From Tubiluchus corallicola (taxonomy: Eukaryota; Animalia; Priapulida), in the NCBI GenBank assembly GCA_030141605.1, contig JAQGDQ010000061.1:241534-305533 (forward strand): a DNA stretch of 64,000 nt, in the 5' to 3' direction. Under the pieces are notes generated by a model. That model did no database searches, was not told the DNA's origin, and worked only from the letters and a program-made list of their open reading frames with translations. The position numbers were made by a program, and so were the translations under genes. This document shows, piece after piece, positions 39,801 through 50,588 of the stretch. How positions within the stretch are numbered: position 1 is the first letter of the stretch; the number at the start of each line of letters is the position of its first letter.

Positions 39801-42800
39801 AAATATGTTAGCTCAGGAACGTAACAATTTATACCAATTATCAGTTCCGCATACACAGTCAGTGATGACCTCACTATGATTAGCAACGACAAGTTTTGCA
39901 AAGGCAGTACTTAATTTTTAATGAGCATCTGGTCCGTGTTTGTGAGGTCAAAAAGTAAAATATGGGACTGGTGCATGACATTGACAATGAAGCACAAAAG
40001 CTCGGTGATTTATCGCTATGCTGGACCATGATTTTTTAGGCTGTCCTGGCATTATGACTGCTAAACCTGTACATTGCTTATTTTTTGAGGTAAACCTGTG
40101 GTCTGATGCGAGAAGTGAACCGAGTACTATTGGTGAATCTGTTATTGAAAGATGAATTTATTGAAAGCGACCGTAACTTTGCAAGGTAAAGTAATTCTTA
40201 GCAAGGTCTGGATTCTGAAGTCATATATTAATGTTGCAGAAGCGAATGCGAACCACTAGCAGTTCTGACTCTGAAGGCAGTTTGAGTGGCATTAGCGACC
40301 TGGACTCTGATTCAGATGCGAGCTCAGTGGATATTGATTTACAGAATGGCAATTTTAACGGGTCTGATTTCACTTCACTGGACACAAACAGTAAGCATTT
40401 CATAAAGATAGAGGTTTTTTTATTCATTGCCGCTGTTCCTGTAATTAAGAGTTTCTTTTTCTTTGTTTTTTATTGCATGATTTTGTTATTCAATGTCACT
40501 GTTCGTATAAGTAAGAGTTGATCTATGTTATTTTGCAGTGCCCATTCTTTCTTTTTCCTTGTTTTTTAACTGAGGGTTTTTTATTTGTTGTAACTTTTCT
40601 TGTCAGTAAGAATTTATCTATGTTATTATTAATCATTCCATGTTTGTTACTAAAGTACATTATTGCTTTGTAAATACTTTTTCACATGTTTGAGTTTTTT
40701 AATATTACATGTTTTTAAATTGTTGACTTCATGTGCTGTTAGCCGCATTTCACCTTGTAGTTAATAGATAGATTCATGCAGACTTTATGGATGTCAATTT
40801 ATTATTATTGTGCATAAATACAGTATTAACGTTTGAATTTCTGAAACTTCTTTATAGTTAATGAGGACACAGTTGAAGGAACTCTTCTTCACCCCTTGGA
40901 TTTAGTCTGGGCAAAGTGTCCTGGTTATCCGTGGTACCCTGGCATGGTAAGTAGTGCTGTTAGCACTGTTGTAAACATAAAAAGTACGATAAGAAATTAC
41001 TTTTATGTTTTGACAAACAGCTTTGTTTTTTACACAAGAAAGTTTTTTGGGTCTTTAGAGTGCAGGTACAATAGTGCAGTGATATGCAGGTGTATGTTGT
41101 CATTGTGAGATTATGAGTGCCTATATTCTAGACCTACATATGAGGCAATTAAGTACTCCCTGCTGTTGTTATGGTGACATCTTGTGATGTAGATAAGACA
41201 AAAGTAAAAACTCAAAAATTGAATGTGTGTTTTTTCTAAGTGACTCGTAATATTTTGGCACAGTTACGTTTACTTACTTATTCACGACTTACTTAATACT
41301 CTTAATACTACCCTTAATCACAGGATCTTGATAGAAATATTGGACTGTTATGTATGTGTATAAACTGTTATGTACTAGATGTCAACATTTTGATGATAAC
41401 TTGACTATTTTCATTTGAGTTAGTAGCCTAAACTTAAAAAAAAAGTAATTTGTTCATAGATCATTGATCCGAAGATGCCAAAAACTGGGCTGGTGCACTA
41501 TGGAGTACCAATTCCACCTCCTCCTGACAATGTTTTGGAGTTGGAGAGCAAGCACCCAAATCCTGTTTATCTCATTCTCTTTTTTGATGTCCGGAGAACT
41601 TGGTGAGTATTAAACACGGGATACAATCTGGAATATTTTTTGGCATTTTAAAACTAGTTAGTCAGCGACCGACTTGTATATATCAGGTATTCTACCATGT
41701 TTATATTTAATGCATTTAAATACAGTGAACAAGTCTTTTGAATGTTAGTCGTAACTTTACAGGCAATGGTTACCAAGAGAAAAATTAAAATTACTGGGGA
41801 CTGATCCAACTCTGGACCAACGAAACGTCTCCGCAGCACAAAGCTCTCGTATGTACAGCATTTATTTTGAGAAATTAATATTATATTAAAATTAATATTG
41901 TTTTTTATGTATATATATATATATACATATATATATCTTGTACACTGGAAAAAATTAGTTTTAAGTTTCATATTTTATTTTTGCCAAACTTTTCTCAAAT
42001 GTGATTTTAAAATTGTATTTCCCTAACAAAAAAAAGCAAATTCTTTCCAAAATTTACGTTTTAAAATGAAAAATAGATTTAGCTTTCCCTATTTTCTATC
42101 TAAATAATTTATGTGTTGTTCTATGTGCTTTCCTTCCATTTCGGTCACTTTGTGAAGCCTGGGTTGGAATTGGTCAAGCACTGAATTAATCCCTTTTTCT
42201 CTTTTTGTGCAAATTTTGCCCATTCTTGGAGCATTTTTGATTCTTTTTCGTTCAGAAGCATTTTTGATTTTTCTTGCACAATTCACTTGCTGAGATATGG
42301 TCTTCCATATGCTAGACCTAGAGAATTTAAGTTATGTAGATAAAGAAATTCAAAAGCCGAGATTATTTTTTATTGAAAACAGTAAATATTGGAGAAATAC
42401 CATTTCTTTTTGAACTTTTTAAAAATGTGATGTTTAAAATTGCATTTCTATAAAAAAGAAAACAAAATTTACAACTAAATTTTTTCTTGTGCATAATATA
42501 TACATATATGTTTATATTCATTGTTAGTCTCTTAAATTTTTATGCATTTTTGACTTGTAACATTTGCTTTATTAAAATATTTTGGAAGTAATCTTTTTTC
42601 CGGGCAACGCTGTATTATTTATTTTTTTGCAAAATAACTCATTTTTGTGGTTAGATTCCACTGTCATGTCATGCCAACGACAGTATATTCAAATGTTAAT
42701 GAAAGAGATTTTAATGGTAAACATTTGGATAGATATAAATCAGCTGGAAAGCATTAATACTACATTGAACCTAGTGTCTGCTGGTTAATACACATTGTTT

Positions 42801-43509
42801 CCTTTTGTCTTTCTTTTTTGCTGAATTGTTATGTGCTAGTTTTTAACTGCTTTCAGGGTTCCCACGGTCAGGGAAAATCCTGGAAAATCCTTGAAATTAC
42901 AGGCTATCCTGGAAAGTCTTAGAAAAGTCAGGAAAAAAGATGATTTGATAAAAAGTCTGGGAAAATGATGAAAATGGGGCAAAAAGCCAGGGAAATTAGA
43001 AAGGGTTGCTAAAATAATCACTGTGAACCGATATTTTTCGAAACATATTTTTCAGCAATTCGTGTTCACATAAAATTTTGCTATGGCACGCTCCCAGTTT
43101 CAGTTTCTGTTCCAAAAATAATGATTGGATTAAGAAAGTTTATTTAATGTGATTAATGTGATTTATTGTAATTTCGTTAGCACTACTGCAACTGTGCCGA
43201 CACATATATCAGTATATGTATGAATGTCCATACACAAAACCGTTTGAATGTGTATACTGGTAATACAATTTCTGCTTATCTTGGTCATGGAAAATCAATA
43301 TTTGGCCAGGGAAAAGTCATGGAAAACTCAGGGAAATTTATTTTAAATTTCTGTGGGAACCCTGTGCTTTGTTCTCACCAGTTTTTTATTGTGTTTTAGG
43401 GGAGAGAAGAGCAATAAAGAAAGCATTTAACAAGGCTATAGCTCACATGCACAAGGTCGCTGGAGTTGATAACAAAGTCGCAATTGTTTCAAATTCTGTT
43501 TGTACGTAG
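27202..43509 (+). CDS. BRPF1: Bromodomain and PHD finger-containing protein (peregrin/Br140, BRPF1/BRD1/BRPF3 family); whole 18-exon CDS span, 1482 aa
   Basis: join(27202..27870,28265..29127,29526..29679,30004..30135,30742..30870,33244..33432,33703..33832,34140..34238,34877..34999,36196..36411,37638..38072,38406..38730,39257..39662,40240..40390,40858..40946,41460..41602,41763..41848,43400..43509). All introns are GT-AG, phases close, total 4449 nt. Domain order and motifs match the BRPF family. Confidence 0.95.
28265..29127 (+). CDS. BRPF1: BRPF coding exon 2 (EPC-I, PHD1-Zn knuckle-PHD2 module)
   Basis: taag|DYVWLE...DRLEKESF...[45 protein letters not shown]...[16 protein letters not shown]...[10 protein letters not shown]; donor ag|gtaaca. 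Confidence 0.97.
29526..29679 (+). CDS. BRPF1: BRPF coding exon 3 (EPC-II)
   Basis: [21 protein letters not shown]; ttcag| and |gtagat. Confidence 0.93.
30004..30135 (+). CDS. BRPF1: BRPF coding exon 4 (EPC-II coiled coil)
   Basis: [33 protein letters not shown]. Confidence 0.93.
30742..30870 (+). CDS. BRPF1: BRPF coding exon 5 (bromodomain helix Z and ZA loop)
   Basis: [14 protein letters not shown]...LLRQTL...[10 protein letters not shown]|gtagaa. Confidence 0.9.
32790..32961. repeat. Intronic inverted repeat (hairpin or palindromic MITE core)
   Basis: CCAGCACCCACTTAAGCAAAGACGTGGCATTTATT pairs with AATAAAAGCCTTGTCTTTGCTTAACTGGGTGTTGG. Confidence 0.85.
33244..33432 (+). CDS. BRPF1: BRPF coding exon 6 (bromodomain core)
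   Basis: [17 protein letters not shown]...[32 protein letters not shown]. Confidence 0.95.
33703..33832 (+). CDS. BRPF1: BRPF coding exon 7
   Basis: [24 protein letters not shown] (compare BRPF1 GGAVLRQARRQAE). Confidence 0.9.
34140..34238 (+). CDS. BRPF1: BRPF coding exon 8
   Basis: [17 protein letters not shown]; cag| and |gtaaga, phase 1-1. Confidence 0.85.
34877..34999 (+). CDS. BRPF1: BRPF coding exon 9
   Basis: [20 protein letters not shown] (compare BRPF1 [20 protein letters not shown]). Confidence 0.88.
35244..35679. mobile_element. hAT-like MITE in BRPF intron 9
   Basis: TIRs CAGGGTGTATTAA and TTAATACGCCCCTG; 8-bp TSD GGTGTGAT / GGTGGGAT (7/8). Confidence 0.7.
36196..36411 (+). 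CDS. BRPF1: BRPF coding exon 10 (acidic/Ser-rich linker)
   Basis: Open frame bounded by tatag| and |gtaagt, phase 1-1. No recognisable homology. Confidence 0.75.
37638..38072 (+). CDS. BRPF1: BRPF coding exon 11 (acidic/Ser-rich linker)
   Basis: 435-nt open frame; tttag| and |gtaagt, phase 1-1. Confidence 0.78.
38406..38730 (+). CDS. BRPF1: BRPF coding exon 12 (linker)
   Basis: Open frame including GVSRRTSVL, a short motif seen in BRPF linkers; tgtag| and |gtaagt, phase 1-2. Confidence 0.8.
39257..39662 (+). CDS. BRPF1: BRPF coding exon 13 (SPK-rich linker)
   Basis: Open frame; ttttag| and |gtaaga, phase 2-0. Confidence 0.8.
40240..40390 (+). CDS. BRPF1: BRPF coding exon 14 (Ser/Asp-rich)
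   Basis: tgcag| and |gtaagc, phase 0-1. Confidence 0.78.
40858..40946 (+). CDS. BRPF1: BRPF coding exon 15 (PWWP start)
   Basis: [18 protein letters not shown]|gtaagt. Confidence 0.93.
41460..41602 (+). CDS. BRPF1: BRPF coding exon 16 (PWWP)
   Basis: [22 protein letters not shown]...[12 protein letters not shown]. Confidence 0.93.
41763..41848 (+). CDS. BRPF1: BRPF coding exon 17 (PWWP)
   Basis: [18 protein letters not shown]. Confidence 0.9.
42854..43364. mobile_element. MITE with perfect 12-bp TIRs and a 6-bp TSD in the last BRPF intron
   Basis: CAGGGTTCCCAC...GTGGGAACCCTG flanked by TGCTTT on both sides; subterminal GGAAAA-rich repeats. Confidence 0.85.
43400..43509 (+). CDS. BRPF1: BRPF coding exon 18 (PWWP final helix and stop)
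   Basis: [20 protein letters not shown]...CT* (compare BRPF1 IRKSVQIAYHRALQHRSKV); TAG at 43507-43509. Confidence 0.88.
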
Positions 43510-44384
43510 ACATAACGACAACGTGAACCGTTGTTGCACATATCAGCGTATCACTGTACAACTTTGTGCGTATGAGATTTCAAACTATTAGGATGTTCTT
43601 GTATATATGTATAACTTATAAAAAAGACAAACCACATTGCATTTACTATAAGTATGATTGTCTGTGCACAGAGTAGCAACAAATGATGTTAAGAATTTTT
43701 ATTAAGATCAGATGTAACCTACAATTATCTTTTTTGATTTTAATATTGGCCTTGTACATATCCATAGCTATGATTGTATTAACATTTTTAGATTAAGCGA
43801 GAATCATAGAAACGTCACGAGAGTTTTGAGACTGGCTAAGTCTATCTGTTTTCTTATAATTTGGCCAACAGGTGGCAATAGTGCAATTTATGGAAAAATC
43901 GTTGAAGCCTTGTAAAAAACTGTGTATGTATGTAAAAAATCATTCCAGGGAAGATCTATTAAGTAACTTTATTCGTAGATATAGTTATTTATATAATAAT
44001 ATTAACATGTGACAGCAGTTGCGTGAACTATTTATCTCGTTGTAACGTTTTTTTGTTTGTTTTGTCTACAGCAGTTAGTTAATCCTCAACATCAGTAGTA
44101 CCTAAGAAAATTAATTTTGTCATATGCTAATTTGACATATTAATTTCTGTATATGGTAATTACAAAGTTTGTAGCATCTAATTTCAGAAACAAAAAAGTA
44201 ATTATTTTTCATTCTATAAGTGGCTTCAGTAAGCATGATTAACTTTGTTTGAAAAATTGTGTATCAATTCTGTAATTTTAAAGCTTATATGTCAGTGGTT
44301 TATAAAAAAACCACTCCATGTTACTGCCGTGTTTTAAAAGCAAATTGTTGGGCATGCATTGAGTGAAATTGTATGGTAAATTTC

Positions 44385-44570
44385 AATAAATATTTTATTC
44401 CTGATTTTGATACCTATAGATAATGATATAAATCTATGGAATTAATTCAACTACCATTTACTATCAGTTACCATTTAAATATTTAGAACATTGTCTTTGA
44501 ACTTTGTTGATATCATGGTAATGTGGCATGAGATTCATAATTTATTTAGAATAAATTGTGTTGTTTATCT
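44385..44570 (+). terminator. Candidate polyadenylation signals for BRPF
   Basis: AATAAA at 44385 and 44550, the second followed by a GT-rich tract. Weak evidence in AT-rich DNA. Confidence 0.35.
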
Positions 44571-46019
44571 GTATAATTCGGTATTGTTTGATTCTATTTG
44601 TTGTAAATGCTGAATACTTCATTTACAGAGGACAGTATCACCATTAATTATTATTATAATGGATAATTTTATGTTAAAAATTTTCTTTGATTAGTGCGAT
44701 CATTTTTAAAATGAAGCCGTTTTTAAATTGCCGAGAACAATACAAAATCTTTTTTGTCGATTTTGTCAGTTCTTTTTTGTTGCCAAATTAGTCATGAACG
44801 TCATTTTTTATTCTGTAATAACTCACTTATTTTTTGCAATTCAGTGTAGGGTACACTAGACTCTGTGAAAATCTTATAATTGGTTAAACTTTTACATATT
44901 TTTGCTGATCCTATTAAGAAGTGCTTTTGATTTTCTCGGATTAAGTCTGTATTGCTTTTAGTCAGTAAAAATCACTTTTGTTCCCTACTTTTCAAAGGGT
45001 CGTAATACAAGTTTGACTTATTATTTTGCTCTATACAGGCTGCATTTGCTTTGTTTTTGTTTAAATTCACAGCTTTTTGAGGTGCCTGCAGAGAAACACA
45101 GTCAACTGCTTTTTCTCACAGATGCACTGCTTAATAAAACAAGACAGAATGAATTCAGATAGAAACCTGGAGGCACAACTCAGATACCATGTTAGATGTC
45201 CAGTGTCCTTGACCTTGGGTAGGGTCAGTGTTCACCACACCGATTTCAAGGACGCCACTCCAGATGTTTGCCATGCGAGTTTCGTATGTGTAACTCTCTG
45301 TATTGTGAGTTAATTTGGATTAAAAGTGGCTGCCAAATTCCGGCTCCTGTCGTGCCATTAATAATCACAGTTTTACCAATGTCTGAGCCCTTACCCCAGC
45401 TGTTTTCTCTGCAAACTTCGTAAATCCGCTTACTATAGTTCAGAGTAAATTCGCGTTTTCCCTTTTGGCTCTTATCTTGGGCCCTTAAAAATTATCAGGT
45501 TGTAAGAGCCCAGATACACACCTTCCCCCACATTACCTAAATACTATTGAAAAATTGAATTTATCTCAAAAGTCCCAATCGAAAACAGACCGATGTCCAG
45601 TGCCCTTGACTCTTTGACTGTTTATCGCAATATTTTCGAGAACCCTGCCCCAGGTGTCTGCCCCTGTAAGATTCGTGACTTGTAAGATTCGTGACATTAG
45701 CTTTCTGCGTTTGTGTGTTAAAAGAATTAAAAAGTAGAAAACTGCATGCCAAACGTGACGATGAATCAGCGTTTGGGTTCTCTTAAATCCGCGGAGCTGT
45801 CGCTCAGGGAAAAACTCGGACATTTTTATCTGAAATTGCCAGTTATCATCACAAAAATTTCACCGACTTTTTATTGAAATCCATCCTCAATTTTTTGAGA
45901 TACCTGGTACCACATGGAAAATACCAGACTTAGTATGTATAGTTTCATAGTTGCCCGGGATAATAGTACATATAACGAAAACAACCTACTACAACGGGGT
46001 AAAGTTATGGAACGTATTA

Positions 46020-46136
46020 CCCGAGGAGATTAACCTATCAGACGCAAAATGAGATGCAAATCTAATCTGAAAACATGTTTCTATATGATTCAAATCCAGT
46101 CTGAAGAATATTTTCTGATAGGTTAATCTCTTCAGG
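46020..46136. repeat. Short inverted-repeat element
   Basis: GAGATTAACCTATCAGA and TCTGATAGGTTAATCTC form perfect 17-bp arms, extendable to ~23 bp. Confidence 0.8.
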
Positions 46137-47823
46137 ATGTATCTATTACTATTAAAATCTTTAGTCTATCTATCCTAGTCAAATTTCGTAACAAGTGAAT
46201 ATTTCAAATATATAAACAATAAACACACTTGTTCATATAAAGAATAAATAAGCAAACATATAAATCCGTTGAAAGCACGCCTCTCCTCTAACCTCTTTAC
46301 CATTTCTTGGCGGAGATAGCATCGCAATAATTTTAATTACATTTGATCTGACAAGGATAGTATATTACTTGTCCTTACACCGCAGTGTGGTGTGTATCGT
46401 TTGAGATGGTGTTTTTATGAAACTTGTGATTTGACCTAGTCGTTCATATATGGCTCATAAATCAAGCGAAAATGCCCGTTTTCGCTAGAACTTGTCATAT
46501 GTGCAACCAATCAATAACAATTATGGCGTCATAATGACGTCACTAAGCCATAATAGGTAGAAATGTAAATTTTATTTCAGAAAAATGATTAAAGATCTAT
46601 ACTGTATAATCTAGCCAAATCTCTTTGCCACTATATCAACTATTTAAAGCGCTGTTCGCAAGAAGCAAAAGTTTCTTAAAGATAAAAATTCATTTAAAAA
46701 GTCATTAAACAAAATTCATTGTTTCCATTTATAATATTGTTTTGATTGCACTTTTATGCTTCACTGTATACAGAAAAGAAGCTCCATACCGGAAACTGAT
46801 AAGATCAACGATAGAAAACTAGGTCTCAGTATAAAGAATACAACTTGAAAGTATTTTTGTTATTGAGGGCAGAGAAAACTGTTTTTGCTCACTTAATTCT
46901 AGCCCACGCCAGTTGTGATGACAATAGTTTTTTGACAGACTGACAGTGTGGAAGCTAGAGAAACGGACGAGAGAGATGGATGAAAAACGGTTTACGGAAA
47001 AAAATGATAAGAAAAACAAACAAAGAGAACAAAAAAAACGGGGATTAACAACTAAACGAACGGAGGAAAAAATGCTTCGTCATTTCCCTGAACTAGACCT
47101 TTAGATCGATCGTTCACTCACCTAGTGCTTACAGATTTAATGTAAGCATCCTCTATCGTGGCATTCCGAACATTTTAGGAATGTTCGCATTACTCAATCT
47201 TTCATATATCAAGTTACTGTGTAGGAGTAGATAGAGAGTAACCCTTGCTTTTAATGTCTTGCCTGTGTGCATAATTCTGCATCTTTTCCTCGGCCTATAT
47301 TTAGCTGTATGGCCTAGTAACTGTGTCCGCTGGATGACGCAAAGATCAACGCAGTGCGGGTTAGAACCTTTTTATTTGGCCTTACCTTGGTCTTTGGGAC
47401 CTCTGCACCAGGTGGTCATTTTGTTACGGCACCTTTCTTGCGGTAATATGACGCCCTTTGATCTTGATCTTTTCCCTGGACACGATTGTTGCAGCACATT
47501 CCTGAGTAATGTTAACGTTAAACCTTGGTTTAACTATATGCTTTTTGCGTACCCCAGGGGAGCTTTGTGATGCCAAAGAGGTAGGTCATTTATAATGTAA
47601 ATTTTCTGCTTTGCACAGCATGATAATAGCACTTTTTAACAATACCCACTTAGCGCTCAAAAATAAGCGGTAAAAAGCTTGTGCCGCGAGCAATAGAAAA
47701 TATACATACTATTGCATATATATATGATCATTATGATGATACGAACTAGGTAGGTTATGTGACGTAACACATACGATCAATGACAATAAATTTAATACTC
47801 ATAGGTAGACATACGCTTTCCCG

Positions 47824-48107
<284 letters not shown>

Positions 48108-50394
48108 CAGCCGTTGTTAACTTGTCAATTGAACGTTGGCTTCTGTTTTGTATGAAGTCGATGTTTATTCCATTTATTCCACTCGACTCCTTTGACTTTT
48201 GGCGTTTTCAGCAGGTTTCGGACGTTTATTTTCCAGTTGAAATTTGTCTTCAATTTTCCCTTAAATAATGGTTTCTTTTTCGTCTGACTGAAATTCTGGC
48301 CGAATACTGGCTCTTTTGATTGTTTCATTTTTTATTGACCTTTGGTTTTGCTCTTCGTTGGAAACATTTTGCCCAGGAATCCGAAGGTTTAGTTAATCAG
48401 TTAACGCGAGTTTTTATCGGGTACCTAAACAGTTTTTGCAAATGTCGACAGAAAATGTCTCCTACAGATACTTGACGTCGGTAAAATCCAGAAATAGCAG
48501 TTACGGCACTCACTCTTTCACTACCAACAGGCTTCCAGGGGCTTTGCACACGTCATAGTGACGTAATCGTTCTATTCTCAACACAGAATCGTTGTGCTGC
48601 GCAGTCTGCACCTGGTGTGACTGAATAAGCATCGTACACATACTTTGAATCCGTGCAAGTAAGTATTACGACTATTACATCAGAGTATTTTAACGACCTA
48701 CACTGGCAGGAAGAATGCTAACCCCTTTACACAGTAAATAATAAATAATTATTAGTCAATTTCACTAAATAGGTGAAATAAATAAATAAATAAATTGATA
48801 AATAAAATTGAAATGAATTGAACACTAAACACCTGAGTGATTTGTCAGTGTTTAGTGTTGGCTTACATTATTGTAAAGCCAAACGTCGTGCCACGTTCTC
48901 ATTTAGGCTTCAAGCCGGAAATTCCAAAGCATACAAACTTACTTGCGAGCTAACAAGTTAAAACAGCTTACAAAATAATCAGATGGAATGCTAGCACAGT
49001 TCCAAGAATTTGCCTCTTTTTACATATTGCACCAAGATACCACTTAATGTCGATTAATCATGAATCTGATAGGCGACGATCAAAAACACCCTGTATGTGA
49101 AATTGACCGGATAAATGAATTAAAATTCAAAGCCCACCCAGTTCTAGGCTGTTCTGTTGGTGATTAAATTACAGTTGTTGTTTTACAAAATGTAAAACAA
49201 TTCTTGTTGACCCTGTTGTAAACTTCCTCTCTGTAGAACTGCCACTAATTTGTGTTTCTAAAATAAAACCCGTCCGATCTATTTTCCGAACAAGAATTAC
49301 TAGGGCACGAAAATAAACTAAACTTAGTGAATGACTCGCATGCCTCGGAATTGGAAACACTGAGTAATTAACTATAACCTGTTTGAGCGATTGATGGCAC
49401 GTGTAAGCGTAGAGTGCTTCCGGTCACAAAAACATCATTTCAGCAAAATCTGAGAAGCACGAGAATGTGACGAATGTTGAAAGAATAAGCAATGCTAAGA
49501 GGGAGCAAAAATACCAGAGGTATTTGAAGGATGAACTCTGAAAATGCATCTTCTTTGTTGATAGTTTCGTGCGGGAGCCGTGTCGATGGAAAGCCTAAAT
49601 TACTCAACATACGTTTTGCGGGCGGACACAGTGGATTAAAAAAGTTATTTCAATGTTTCTTTTCCAAGGTTTTTTATCAGACGGTCCAGCTTAATTTAGT
49701 TTTCTTGAGTGAAATGCGTTTTCTGAACTTTAATGCTAGTGTGTTCCTATTACACGATTACAAGCTGCTGACGTCTCAAAGCGTAATCTTGTTATAAGAA
49801 CACTGTTGAAAATTAAGGGGATGCCATGCATGTACGGGGATGTCAAGTTGGAATGCTTGGAAGTTAAAAAGACAGGCAAGAGCCCGAGAAACAGAGCGTT
49901 AATTGACAAGTATCAGCAGTACAAATATAAATTAGATAAGACAGGACAAGGAACTAGCAAACTAACAAACTACTAAACAGACAGGCGGACAGACAGATAG
50001 GCAAGCAAGCTTAGAGGTACGCACGCAAACGACAAGCAAGCAAACACCAGGTAAAAAGCGAGTGAGCAAATTCACGTCACTCCTATACATTACTGTTAGT
50101 AAACTAAAATGTTAATGTGCCAGCATTAATAAATCAGTAAAAAAGCATTGAAGTTAGTAATCAAGCGACCAAAAAAGCTAAGTAATAAAAAAAGAAAAAT
50201 ATAAAAAAAACGAGAATAGAAGTAAAAACTGACCTTCCACCAGGCAAGCAAGTTAGCAAACTACAAAACTTTGTAAGAAAAATCTAAGCAAAAAAACAGA
50301 AATGTACCATAACGACAAACTGTATTATAGGTATGCTGCCAAAACTATAAAAACACTAAAAACTAAAAAAATAAATCAAATAAAAAACGAGTTC

Positions 50395-50588
50395 TTGTTG
50401 TTATTGCTGAGTTGTTGTTTATGCCTTTCTGTTGTTGGTGGTGTCGTCGTCGCCATAATCATTTTTGCTGTTGCTGTTGTTTTATTTGTTATTGTTGTTG
50501 TTGTTGTTGTTGTTATTGTCGTTGTAGTTGCCGTTGTCGTCGTCGTCGTTGTTGTTGTTGTTGTTGTCGTCGTCGTTGTTGTTGTTAC
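50395..50588. repeat. Imperfect (GTT/GTC)n microsatellite
   Basis: Directly visible. Confidence 0.9.

Noticed and set aside
40920-40946. PWWP motif reading YPWYP rather than the vertebrate YPSYP
   Set aside because: To my recollection a Trp here also occurs in invertebrate Br140-like proteins, so it is not claimed as novel; not verified by search.
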